A stretch of 64,000 nucleotides of DNA. It comes from an uncultured Verrucomicrobiae bacterium. Lineage in GTDB: Bacteria > Verrucomicrobiota > Verrucomicrobiia > Chthoniobacterales > UBA10450. The stretch lies in assembly GCA_963801815.1 (NCBI GenBank), contig CAWDGJ010000003.1, positions 544,001 to 608,000 of the forward strand, written 5' to 3'. Shown here in pieces: positions 1-11,683 of this stretch. The notes under the pieces are model-generated. The model was not told the DNA's origin. It worked only from the letters and a program-made list of their open reading frames with translations, and did no database searches. How positions within the stretch are numbered: the stretch's first letter is position 1; every line of letters starts with the position of its first letter. The position numbers were made by a program, and so were the translations under genes.

Positions 1-4
1 CAAT

Positions 5-463
5 TTGGTTTCGCAGACTGATCTGAACAAGAAAGTAGAACTCGAGGTTATTCGCGGCGGAAAACCGATGACGGTCTCGACCCAAATCAAAGAGCAGCCC
101 GCCGGTTATCAAACTGGGCAGGCTGTGCCGCGGCAGACGCCGCCTTCGCAACAGGACCCTGACGAAGAAGAGCAGGGCTCGAACGCTCTGGGTGAAATCC
201 AGGTCGGCGAACTGACGCCCGCGCTGGCCCGCCAGCTTGATCTTCCGAACGGCGTGCATGGAGTTGTTGTGACAGGCGTTGATCCGAACAATGGCGTCGT
301 GGAGTTGCAGAAAGGCGACGTGATCGAGCAAGTGAATCAGCAACCGATCAATTCAGTGGCAGACTACAACAAGTTAGTCAGTTCGCTCGACCCAAACCAG
401 CCGCAAGTGCTTTCAGTCTGCCGGCATCGGGCCCGCTCGTTTTTGGTTTTGCGCCCGCGCTGA
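5..463 (+). CDS. DegP/Do-family serine protease, C-terminal PDZ domains (partial, runs off window start)
   Basis: PDZ-type motifs VELEVIRGGK, GVVVTGVD, LQKGDVIEQVNQQPI. Confidence 0.8.
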   Translation: MVSQTDLNKKVELEVIRGGKPMTVSTQIKEQPAGYQTGQAVPRQTPPSQQDPDEEEQGSNALGEIQVGELTPALARQLDLPNGVHGVVVTGVDPNNGVVELQKGDVIEQVNQQPINSVADYNKLVSSLDPNQPQVLSVCRHRARSFLVLRPR

Positions 464-568
464 TCGCAGCAATCGCGATATTCTTCGGAAGGTGACGTTT
501 CCGAAGCAAGACGGCGGTGAATAAAGCCGCGCCTGACAAAGTCCAACGCTCTTAAGATTCAACCACGT

Positions 569-2236
569 ATGAAAAAGCTACTTTCTATTCTTGCGGTAAC
601 TGCGGTTTTGCTCTCAGTCGCACCTCAGACGTGGAGCCAGGACATTTCAGTAAATTTCTTTTACGATAATCTGAATGGTGGCAGTTGGATGGAAGTAGGC
701 AATTACGGCTATTGCTGGCAACCCGACGTCGCGGTGAACGATCCCACCTGGCGGCCGTACGCGGATGGTTATTGGGCTTACACCGATGACGGTTGGACGT
801 GGGTTTCGTACGAGGATTTTGGTTGGGCGACGTATCACTATGGCCGCTGGGTTAAATTAGCGGACTACGGTTGGGTGTGGAAACCAGGTTACGATTGGGG
901 TCCGGCCTGGGTTTCGTGGCGCACGGGCGGCAATTACATTGGTTGGGCGCCATTACCGCCGGAGACTGAGTACGTTTATGAAAGTCGGCCCCTGACCGGT
1001 CAGCTCGACGTCGAGTTCGACATTGGTCCGGGGAATTACAATTTCGTTGACGTTCGGTATATCGGCGAACCGGTCCTTCGTTCTCGGCTGGTGCCTTACC
1101 AACAGAACGTCACCTATATTTCGCAAACGGTAAACGTGACCAACATCACCTATAAAAACAAAACCGTTTACAACTATGGGCCGGACGTCAATGTCATGAA
1201 TCAATATTCGAGCCGGCCGATTCAAAGGTTCAAACTTGAACGGCAGGCGAATGCCGACGTGTCCGTCGGCCGCAAAGTCTGGTGGCCTAACGAAAGTTCA
1301 GGGCAATGCGCTGGTCGTTGCCGCTCCGGAGAAACTCAACAAGCCGGCAAAAGAGATCGCTCCGCCAACGGTGAAAACGAAGAGTCGCGCAACCGAAGAT
1401 CGAGAAAGGCTGGTCCGAGGTCGGAGATGCGAATGCACAGACTCAGTTGAAGGAGAAGATCAAGACGCAGGATTTGAAGAATGTTCCTCCTCCAACACTC
1501 GGCGGCAGCTGCCGCGAAAGCTTCGGTGACGTCAGTGCGTCGCCCCAAATGTCTGGGTCCAGGGAGTCGCATCGTCACCGTTTGAAAAGGGAAAGGGTAA
1601 GGGCAAAAACAAAGGCAAGAACGCTGAGCAAATGCAAAGCGGGAGCGCCGGTGGCTTCGGCGACAAGTTCGGTGGTCCGAGGGCGGAAAGAAGAAACGCA
1701 AACATGGCGAACAAGGTCAACCTGGCGCCGATCACTTCGCCCGCAGCCGGTCTAGGAGGAGAAACGTCGCCGGCGCAACGCCTGAAACCGGAAAACCGCG
1801 AAAGGCGGCAAGAATCGTCGCAACGAACAAGGTGGCGAAACCTGCCTCCGACGCCGGGGACCAGCTTCAAGTCCCGAAGCTACGACCGCACCTGAAAGCA
1901 AACCGAAAGGAAAGGGGAGAAACATCGAAACGTCTGTGGGCGGAACAACTCCGCAAGGAATTTCCGATGAATCTCGCGGCGGACAGCAAAAGAACTTGGA
2001 ACGCCAACAGCGCGATATGTCGCTGTCAGGTCAAGCAGGCGGCCAGGGAGCTCCGGCCAATACCGGTGCGGGACCCCAAGGCGGACCGGTGCCGGCGAGG
2101 GACAAGTCGAAAACCCGAAGCTCAGTCTGCGGCGCGGCGGTTTCCGAACAGCCGAACGGCGAACAACAGCCACAGGGCGGCAAACACGAAGGGAAAAAGA
2201 AAGGCTGGAGAATCGCCTGCGCCAACTCCGCAATAG
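569..2236 (+). CDS. DUF6600-like secreted Trp-rich protein with long low-complexity C-terminal tail (frameshifted in this sequence)
   Basis: Signal peptide; repeats WRPYADGYWAYTDDGWTWVSYEDFGWATYHYGRW...WGPAWVSW; continuation spread over several frames after ~1265. Confidence 0.65.
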
Positions 2237-2245
2237 ATCCAGTTC

Positions 2246-2304
2246 TGTAGCGGCGGTCTATGACCGCCGCAGCTGGTCAAGTCACCGGTCACTCTTAACC
2301 TACA
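2246..2304. repeat. GTAG-type REP-like element (TGTAG...CTACA)
   Basis: TGTAGCGGCGGTCTATGACCGCCGC hairpin; a similar start occurs at ~26967; its CTAC end contains the asd stop codon. Confidence 0.6.
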
Positions 2305-3316
2305 ACAACTCCGCGATCTGCACTGCGTTGAGCGCCGCGCCTTTGAGTAGTTGGTCGCCCGAAACCCAGAACGCGAGACCGTTTTCCAGCGCGCAATCGC
2401 GACGGACCCGCCCGACCTGGCAGTTGTCTTTGCCGGCAACGTCGAGAGGCATTGGGTAACGGTTCTTCTGCGGCTCATCGACCAAGTTCCAAGCCCGGGC
2501 GCTTTCGCCAGGACTTCGCGCGCTTGTTCGACGCTGACCGGTCTTTCAAATTCGGCGCTGACCGCGACCGAATGAGCGCGATAGACAGGAACGCGCACAC
2601 AGGTGACCGACGCGCGAAATTCCGGCAGATGCATGATCTTGCGGCCTTCGTCCTGCATTTTCATTTCTTCCTTGGTGTAACCGGTCTCGAGAAAAACATC
2701 GACATGAGGCAGGACGTTGAACGCGATCGGATGCGGATAAACTTGCCGTCGTGTGCGAGCGTGCGTGAGCAGGGTTTTCGGCGCCCGCTTGCGACTGTTG
2801 CTCTTCGAGCTCGCGTCAATCGCTCGCGCGCCGCTGCCTGATACCGCTTGATAACTCGCCGCAAAAACGCGCCGAACACCGAACGCACGATGCAACGGAT
2901 AAATCGCCATCAGCGCGACCGCGGTTGTGCAATTCGGATTCGCAATAACCCCGCGATGCTTTTTTACGTCCTGCGGATTGATTTCCGGAATCACCAGCGG
3001 AACGTCCGGATCCATTCGGAACGTCGACGAATTATCGATCACGACCGCGCCGGCATCGCGTGCGATGGGCACGAACTTTCGAGATCGTTCTCCGCCGGCG
3101 CTAAAAAATGCAATGTCGATCTTGTCGAATGAATCATCGCGCAGTTCTTCGACCGGAATGAGTTGATTACGAAACGAAAGCTTCTTGCCGGTGGATTTGC
3201 CTGACGCCAGCGCACGAATCGTTGCCACCGGAAAGTTTCGGCGCTCCAAAACGCGCAAAAGTTCGGCGCCCGACGGCCCCGGTCGCACCCACGATGACGA
3301 CGTGATAATTTTTCAT
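2300..3316 (-). CDS. asd: Aspartate-semialdehyde dehydrogenase (frameshifted, probably sequencing indels)
   Basis: VVIVGATGAVG, NPNCTT, SYQAVSGSG, HPIAFNVLP, TCVRVPV, GDQLLKGAALNAVQIAE across three frames. Confidence 0.93.
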
Positions 3317-3353
3317 GATGCTTTGCAATTCCGTTGGCGTTGTTCGATTAGCT

Positions 3354-3392
3354 CTTGCCACGCCGTAGGTTGCCTTGGCGACCGAAGGCGGG
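3354..3392. repeat. Short imperfect palindromic repeat (TGCCACGCCG...GAAGGCGG family)
   Basis: Similar to 54978-55008 and, more loosely, to 27631-27660. Confidence 0.45.
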
Positions 3393-3462
3393 TCGCGCCG
3401 GCGATTGCAATGTGATACTCTTTTTTCACGCCGGCGAGAATTGTAAGGCCGGTCTCACGTCG

Positions 3463-3925
3463 ATGCAAAGTCCACGAACTCAACATCGACATCTCGATTC
3501 GCGATCAAACCCTGACCCTGACCCGAGATGGCGAAACGGTTCGCTCGTATCCGATTTCGAGCTCGCGCTTTGGAATTGGAACACAGGAAGGCAGTTTTAA
3601 AACGCCGACCGGAAATTTTCACGATCTCTCAAAAGATCGGCGGCGATATGCCCACGGAACGATTTTTCGAAGTCGGGTGCCACTGGGACCGGAAGACCCG
3701 CTTCCGTCCACCGAGGATTTGGTGATGTCGCGGATTCTCTGGTTGGATGGCCTGGACGAACACAACGCGAATACGCGGGACCGGTTCATCTACATCCACG
3801 GCACCAAACATGAGGACAAGATCGGGACGCCGGCGAGTCACGGGTGCATTCGGATGCGAAATGCGGACGTGGTTGAGTTATTTGAGCTGGTTGATGAAAC
3901 CACGCCGGTGGTCATCCGCGAATAG
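3463..3925 (+). CDS. L,D-transpeptidase (YkuD/ErfK family), frameshifted
   Basis: IYIHGT...IGTPASHGCIRMRN motif; N-terminal part (RSYPISSSRFGIG, KTPTG) lies in other frames. Confidence 0.85.
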
Positions 3926-4020
3926 ATTGTAGCAAGCACCTTTCAAAAAAGGCGTTGCGTCAATTATGTTCATCGCCTAGAACGTCGAAGCAACTAGCAC
4001 GGAAAGGAGGCGAAATTAGA

Positions 4021-4146
4021 TTGAAACTATTAAAAGCGATCATGATTATGGCCGTTTTGGCCGGTGCGTTAAGTTTGGGAGCCTGCGCTCAACACAAGGA
4101 GGCTGCCGCCACAACGACCACCGCAAGCACGCATTACGGCAAATAA
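4021..4146 (+). CDS. Small Thr-rich lipoprotein (41 aa)
   Basis: AAAGGAGG RBS, TTG start, MKLLKAIMIMAVLAGALSLGA-C lipobox, mature CAQHKEAAATTTTASTHYGK; followed by a terminator. Confidence 0.7.
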   Translation: MKLLKAIMIMAVLAGALSLGACAQHKEAAATTTTASTHYGK

Positions 4147-4187
4147 CCCCTTCGTCGAAGTTTGTTCCATTGCGGGACGGCTTTGAC

Positions 4188-4223
4188 AAAAAGGCCGGGT
4201 CGCTTTTGCGACCTGGCCTTTTT
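4188..4223. terminator. Intrinsic terminator
   Basis: AAAAAGGCCGGGTCGC-TTTT-GCGACCTGGCCTTTTT. Confidence 0.8.
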
Positions 4224-4291
4224 ATTTGCGGCGAAAGGTGATGCGACCTTTTGCTGCTGCACACTCAACCACATCGGATAAGTTTTATATC

Positions 4292-4933
4292 GTGAGCCCA
4301 AGAATCGCGCTGGCGGTCGCCATTGGCGTTTGGTTTGGAATGACGGCATGGGCCCAGGACGAAAAGTCGATCAACGATTTGCGCAACGCGCTGATTACGC
4401 TTTCACCAGGCACCGTCGATCCACAAGAAGCGGAATTATTGTCAGATACTGCTCATCGCACTTCGCGTGAACTCGCCCGGGAATATGGCGTGACTGGCGA
4501 CCCGGCAGTTCACAATTATCTCATTCACATTGGCGCGAAAAAGCGAGGCATCTGCGCGGATTATACCCACGACATCGGCGCTCGGCTGAGAGAAATGCGA
4601 TTCAAGACTCTTGTACTCCACTGGGGCACCGCTTGGGAAAAAGAATCCGATGAGAACAACGCATTGATTGTCACTGCGCGAAACCAATCGTTCTACGACG
4701 GAATCGTCCTCGACGGTTGGCGACGGGCTGGCCGATTATTCTGGTGCCACGTCAGGGACGACGCGGAGTACGAAGCGGGACGCCACGGGCTCCTTGGTCA
4801 CCTGGGCGGAAGCGTCCGCACCGGAATTACAGCGTGGAAAGAGGACCCGCAGGGAACTGCCTCATTGCAACCGCAACCTCTTCCACCGAAGCCGCAACCA
4901 AAGCGAAAGTCGTCGAAGCGCCCACCAGCTTAA
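4292..4933 (+). CDS. Secreted hypothetical protein (possible transglutaminase/papain-like fold)
   Basis: Signal peptide ending AWA; KRGICADY and GIVLDGWR motifs. Confidence 0.6.
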   Translation: MSPRIALAVAIGVWFGMTAWAQDEKSINDLRNALITLSPGTVDPQEAELLSDTAHRTSRELAREYGVTGDPAVHNYLIHIGAKKRGICADYTHDIGARLREMRFKTLVLHWGTAWEKESDENNALIVTARNQSFYDGIVLDGWRRAGRLFWCHVRDDAEYEAGRHGLLGHLGGSVRTGITAWKEDPQGTASLQPQPLPPKPQPKRKSSKRPPA

Positions 4934-4985
4934 ACTAACGCTACGTCCACTTCCCTTTGCACGACTTGTCGCTAAGATCGCTTCG

Positions 4986-6481
4986 ATGGAGTTAAACGGT
5001 CAGAGGTTAGAGTTGTCTGAAATTGCCGCCGTGGCCTATGGCGGCGAGCGAGTTCAAATTGCCTCCGGCGCCAAAAAGCGAATGGCCGAGTCCCGCAAGG
5101 TCATCGACCACATCGCCACCCGCGATTCGGTGGTTTACGGCGTCAACACCGGCTTTGGCAAGCTGGCCGATGTCCGAATTCCGCGTCAGCAAATCGAAAC
5201 TCTCCAGCTGAATCTCGTTCGCAGTCATGCCTGCGGGATCGGCAATCCACTCTCGGAGCCCGAGGTGCGTGCGATGATGTTGCTCCGCGCCAATGTGCTC
5301 GTGCTTGGTCTCAGCGGCATTCGACCTGAGGTCGTACAGCTGCTTTGTCAGATGTTGAACGATCGCGTGCATCCGGTTATTCCCGAAAAAGGGTCCGTCG
5401 GCGCAAGTGGCGATCTCGCGCCACTCGCGCATCTCGCGCTGGGTCTGATCGGCGAGGGCGAAGCGTTCTTTGACGGGAAACGGATGGAAAGCAGCCAAGC
5501 GCTTAAGCGCGCGAAATTAAAGCCGGTGAAGCTGGCAGCGAAGGAAGGTCTTGCGCTTCTCAACGGCACTCAAGGAATGCACGCGGTCGGAGGATTATCG
5601 ATCTTGCGCGCGCAGCGTTTGTCCGAACTCGCCGATGTTGCTGGCGCGATGACGCTTGAAGGATTGCGCGATACTCCAGCAGCGTTTGATCCGCGATTAC
5701 AAGACGCCCGACCGCATGCGGGTCAAAAAGCTACCGCGACGCATCTGCGTTCGCTTTTGGAAAACAGTGAGATTCGCGAATCGCATCGCAAGAATGATCC
5801 GCGCGTGCAGGATGCCTACAGTATTCGTTGCATGCCGCAGGTTCATGGGGCGGTCCGCGACGTTCTCGCGCACTGCGAACAAGTTTTGGAAATTGAATCC
5901 ATGTCCGCGACTGACAATCCGCTCGTCTTCGCGAAAACCGGTGACGTGATTTCCGGCGGAAATTTTCACGGTGCACCGCTTGCGTTCGCGTTCGATTATG
6001 CCGCGATCGCACTGACCGATTTGATGAGCATCAGCGAACGACGCCTCGATCGATTGGTCAATCCGGACAAGAACGAAGGGCTACCCGCATTTCTTGCCCG
6101 GCATCCGGGCCTGGAATCTGGCTTCATGCTTCCACATGTCGTCGCAGCGTCCCTTCTCAATGAAGCGCGTGTGCTCGCGCATCCCGCGAGCATCGATAAT
6201 GTGAGCACGTCTGGAGGAAAAGAGGACCACGTCTCGATGGGAATGACCAGCGCGTTAAAATTGCGGTCCATTGTCGATCTTGCCGAAAATCTTTTCGCGA
6301 TCGAATTGCTCGCCGCCGCGGAAGCGCTGGAGCATCGGCGTCCATTGAAGGCAGGCAAAGGTGTGGAGCGCGCCTTTAAGCTTGTTAGACAAACCGCTCC
6401 TCCTCTGACGGGGGATCGTCCGTTGGCCGGTGACATCGCCCGCGTGGCCGACCTAATTCGTTCGGGTAAGTTCGACAAGTT

Positions 6482-6485
<4 letters not shown>
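4986..6485 (+). CDS. hutH: Histidine ammonia-lyase
   Basis: [18 protein letters not shown]-forming [27 protein letters not shown]. Confidence 0.96.
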
Positions 6486-8149
<1,664 letters not shown>

Positions 8150-8151
8150 TC

Positions 8152-9834
8152 ATGCAAAAGCTGATCGAGTGCGTGCCGAATTTTTCGGAAGGACGCGACG
8201 AAAACATTATCCGGCAAATCGCGGACGCGATTAAATCGACCGAGGGCGTTACCTTGCTCGATGTCGATCCTGGCGCGACGACAAATCGAACAGTCGTCAC
8301 TTTTGTTGGAAGTCCGGACGCGGCGGTTGAGGCGGCGTTTCGCGGAATCAGGAAAGCCGCCGAGTTGATCGACATGCGCAAGCACAAAGGCGCCCACCCG
8401 CGCATGGGTGCGACCGATGTTTGCCCGTTCATTCCGGTGAGCAACGTCAGTTGGGAGGAAGCAATCGAATGCGCGAAAAAATTGGGAAAACGTGTCGGCG
8501 AAGAACTGGAAATTCCCGTGTATCTCTACGAGAAGGCCGCGAAGAATAAGTCGCGATCGAATCTCGCTGTGATCCGAGGTGGCGAATACGAAGGCTTCAC
8601 CGAAAAGATTCAAAAGCCGGAATGGAAACCGGATTTTGGTCCGACCAGGTTGAACGAGAAAGCGGGAGCGACGGTGATTGGCGCGCGCGAGTTTCTTGTC
8701 GCTTACAACGCGAATTTGAATACGAAATCGGTTCGCCGCGCGAATTCAGTCGCGTTCGACGTGCGGGAGCAGGGACGCTTCAAAACGGAAGACGGCACGC
8801 CCACTGGCAAAAAGGTCCTCGATAAAAACGGCGAGCCGATTCGCGAACCGGGAATGTTGAAGCAAGTCAAAGCCATCGGCTGGTTCGTCAAGGAATACGG
8901 AATTGCCCAAGTCTCAATGAATCTGACAAACATCGACGAGACGCCTTTGCATGTGGCATTCGACGCCTGTGTTAAGTCTGCGAGCAGGCGCGGCATGCGC
9001 GTAACCGGCTCGGAAATCGTCGGCATGGTTCCGAAGAGATGTCTCACTGACGCCGGCCGCTATTTTTTGCGGAAACAGAAATGGTCGGAAGGCACGTCGG
9101 AAGAGGAACTGATCGACATCGCGGTGAAGTCGATGGGCTTGAGCGAACTGAAACCTTTCGATCCGAAAGAAAAAGTGATTGAGTTGAAGATCAGCAGCGA
9201 TTCGAAGTCGCTTTTGAAAATGAACCTGCGCGAATTTTGCAACGAAACCTTGAGTGATTCGCCTGCGCCCGGCGGCGGGTCGGTCGCGGCGTTGATGGGT
9301 GCGCTCGGCGCGTCGCTTGGCGGAATGGTGGCGAATCTTTCCGCCGGAAAGCGCGGGTGGGACGACAAACTCCAATTCTTTAGCGATTGGGCGGTGAAAG
9401 CGCAGAAGCTCAAGGACGAGCTTCTTTTTTTGGTGGATGAAGACACGAATGCGTTCAACAAAGTGATGGACGCATTCGGTCTGCCAAAAGGATCCGATGA
9501 AGAAAAGAAATCGCGGGCGGCGGCGATCGAATCGGCCACGAAATATGCCGCCGAAATTCCACTGAAAGTGATGGAGACCGCGTCCAAGTCCTACGAATTG
9601 CTCGCTGAAATGGCGGAAACGGGAAACCCGGCGTCGGTGTCGGATGTTGGCGTTGGCGCACTGGCAACGCGGGCGTGCGTCGAAGGCGCGGCGTTGAACG
9701 TGCGAATTAATCTCGGCCAGTTAAAGGACGAAAAGACGAAGGCCGATCTTTCGAAGAAAGTCGAAACCCTGAGAGCCGATTCGGAATCTCAGTTCAAGAA
9801 AATCAGCGAACTGGTAGAGAGCAAGATAGGGTGA
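8152..9834 (+). CDS. ftcD: Bifunctional glutamate formiminotransferase / formiminotetrahydrofolate cyclodeaminase
   Basis: IECVPNFSEGRD, HPRMGATDVCPFIP, C-terminal SPAPGGGSVAA cyclodeaminase domain. Confidence 0.94.
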   Translation: MQKLIECVPNFSEGRDENIIRQIADAIKSTEGVTLLDVDPGATTNRTVVTFVGSPDAAVEAAFRGIRKAAELIDMRKHKGAHPRMGATDVCPFIPVSNVSWEEAIECAKKLGKRVGEELEIPVYLYEKAAKNKSRSNLAVIRGGEYEGFTEKIQKPEWKPDFGPTRLNEKAGATVIGAREFLVAYNANLNTKSVRRANSVAFDVREQGRFKTEDGTPTGKKVLDKNGEPIREPGMLKQVKAIGWFVKEYGIAQVSMNLTNIDETPLHVAFDACVKSASRRGMRVTGSEIVGMVPKRCLTDAGRYFLRKQKWSEGTSEEELIDIAVKSMGLSELKPFDPKEKVIELKISSDSKSLLKMNLREFCNETLSDSPAPGGGSVAALMGALGASLGGMVANLSAGKRGWDDKLQFFSDWAVKAQKLKDELLFLVDEDTNAFNKVMDAFGLPKGSDEEKKSRAAAIESATKYAAEIPLKVMETASKSYELLAEMAETGNPASVSDVGVGALATRACVEGAALNVRINLGQLKDEKTKADLSKKVETLRADSESQFKKISELVESKIG

Positions 9835-9852
9835 TGTGCGCCAACTACTGAA

Positions 9853-9933
9853 TGTCATGTTGAGCGAAGCGAAACATCTCTGACTTCAGTTACAAGAAAT
9901 GATCAGAGATTCTTCGCTTCGCTCAGAATGACA
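9853..9933. mobile_element. Palindromic MITE-like repeat (TGTCA...TGACA ends)
   Basis: TGTCATGTTGAGCGAAGCGAAACATCTCTGA...TCAGAGATTCTTCGCTTCGCTCAGAATGACA; inverted copy at 19591-19684. Confidence 0.7.
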
Positions 9934-11199
9934 ATGAGTTCACTCGCTCTTCTTCATGCGTCGCAGTTGGTCACGCTGTCAGGTCCGAAACGTCCGCGGG
10001 TCGGAAAAGAATTGTCCGAGCTTGGAATTATTCGCGACGGCGGAATTTTGATTCGCGACGGCAAAATCGACTTTGTCGGCCCAAGCGACGAGCTGCAGAA
10101 AAACTTGACGGCTTTAAGCCGTCAAGTCTCAAAGAGCGCGAGCGAGTTTGAGATTGTTGATCTTGGTGGACGGGTTGCATTGCCGGGATTTGTCGATGCG
10201 CACACCCATCTGGTTTTCGGCGGGAATCGCGTGGACGATTTTGAACGTCGTGCCCGGGGGGAAACTTATGAGCAAATCGCGGAAGCAGGCGGAGGTATCT
10301 GGTCGACCGTTCAGAAAACACGTGCGGCGAGCGAGGGCGAACTTTTCGAAATGGCGAAGAAACGCGTTGATTGGTTTTTGAAATGCGGCACGACAACAAT
10401 CGAGGCCAAATCGGGTTACGGACTGACGCTCGACGATGAACTGAAGATTCTGCGCGTGCTCCGGCGATTGAATAACGAGATGCCGCTCGAGATTGTTCCG
10501 ACATTTCTCGGCGCCCATGCGGCTCCTCGAGGAGCGACGTCGGAAGAATATGTCGATCTTGTGATCAACGAAATGTTGCCACGGGTCGCGAAAGAAAAGC
10601 TCGCGGAGTTTTGCGATGTTTTTTGCGAGCGCGGCTATTTCGATCTCGAGCAATCGCGCAAGATCTTCAGCGCGGCCAAAAGGCTCGGACTTAAGTTGCG
10701 CGGTCACGTTGATCAGCTTTCAAATTCCGGCGGCGCGAAATTGATGGCGGAACTGGGCGCCACGACAGCCGACCATTTGGAAAAAACAGACGAGCAGGGG
10801 ATTGCAGCATTGAAATCGGCGAGCGTGCAGCCTGTCCTGCTTCCAGGATCGGTCTACGCGCTTGGTTTGAAGGAATATCCGCGCGCTAGAGAAATGATAG
10901 ACGCTAGCCTTGCGGTTGTGCTGGCAACCGATTTCAATCCGGGCTCCTCGCCGACCCCATCCATGCCGATGGTGCTTTCGCTTGCCTGCACCCAGATGAA
11001 GATGTCCCCCGCCGAAGCGATCTCCGCTTCGACGATCAACGCAGCCTGTTCCTTAAACCGGGGTGATCGGATCGGCTCACTCGAAACGGGAAAACTTGCC
11101 AACGTCGCGGCGTTCGACTGTGAAGATTACCGTGAGCTCGCATATTGGTTCGGGATTCCACAAACCCATTCGGTTTACGTTCGCGGGGTTAAAGTATGA
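9934..11199 (+). CDS. hutI: Imidazolonepropionase
   Basis: PGFVDAHTHLVF, EAKSGYGL, FLGAH, DVFCE, ATDFNPGSSP. Confidence 0.95.
   Translation: MSSLALLHASQLVTLSGPKRPRVGKELSELGIIRDGGILIRDGKIDFVGPSDELQKNLTALSRQVSKSASEFEIVDLGGRVALPGFVDAHTHLVFGGNRVDDFERRARGETYEQIAEAGGGIWSTVQKTRAASEGELFEMAKKRVDWFLKCGTTTIEAKSGYGLTLDDELKILRVLRRLNNEMPLEIVPTFLGAHAAPRGATSEEYVDLVINEMLPRVAKEKLAEFCDVFCERGYFDLEQSRKIFSAAKRLGLKLRGHVDQLSNSGGAKLMAELGATTADHLEKTDEQGIAALKSASVQPVLLPGSVYALGLKEYPRAREMIDASLAVVLATDFNPGSSPTPSMPMVLSLACTQMKMSPAEAISASTINAACSLNRGDRIGSLETGKLANVAAFDCEDYRELAYWFGIPQTHSVYVRGVKV
10103..10127. repeat. Intragenic palindrome (ACTTGACGGCTT-T-AAGCCGTCAAGT), copy 1 of 4
   Basis: Perfect 12-bp arms inside hutI; related copies at 38642, 39526 and 40004. 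Confidence 0.75.
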
Positions 11200-11630
11200 A
11201 CCGATTCCTGATGTTGGTAACTGCCGCGCTTTCAGTGTCGTGTCAGATGAGGGACAACCATGCGGAAGAAGAACTTCTGAAAGTGGAAAGAGATTTCGCA
11301 GCGGCAGTTCTGAGCAACGATGTTGACGTGATCGGTAAATTCTTAACCGACGATTGGGCCATCGTTGATGCGGACGGAGGGGTCATCGACAAGGCCCGCT
11401 TTCTTGGCGCGATCAAATCGGGAACTTTGGTTCATGAAGAGATGGAATTAGACGATATGACGGTCCGTGCCCACGGGGATAGCGCTGTGGTTACCACCAT
11501 CACTTCAACCAAGGGGAAATTTGCCGGGCGAGAGTTTGCGACCCAGGAACGCGCCACCGATTTTTTCGTAAAGCGGAACGGCCGCTGGCAGTGCGTGTTC
11601 TCGCAGCTGACGAAATTTACCAAGAAATAA
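11196..11630 (+). CDS. NTF2-like (DUF4440) lipoprotein
   Basis: Lipobox-like LSVSC; typical motifs VRAHGDSAVV, ATDFFVKRNGRWQCVFSQ. Confidence 0.8.
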   Translation: MNRFLMLVTAALSVSCQMRDNHAEEELLKVERDFAAAVLSNDVDVIGKFLTDDWAIVDADGGVIDKARFLGAIKSGTLVHEEMELDDMTVRAHGDSAVVTTITSTKGKFAGREFATQERATDFFVKRNGRWQCVFSQLTKFTKK

Positions 11631-11683
11631 AGCGACCGGAGCGGTTGCCCTGCAATTGCGTGCGGCGTAGCGTGGCAGCTCTC

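Noticed and set aside
1260..3680. Frameshifts in the DUF6600-like gene, asd and the L,D-transpeptidase as pseudogenes or programmed frameshifts
   Set aside because: Indels cluster regionally and hit an essential gene (asd) with otherwise intact motifs, which is typical of low-coverage long-read consensus errors.
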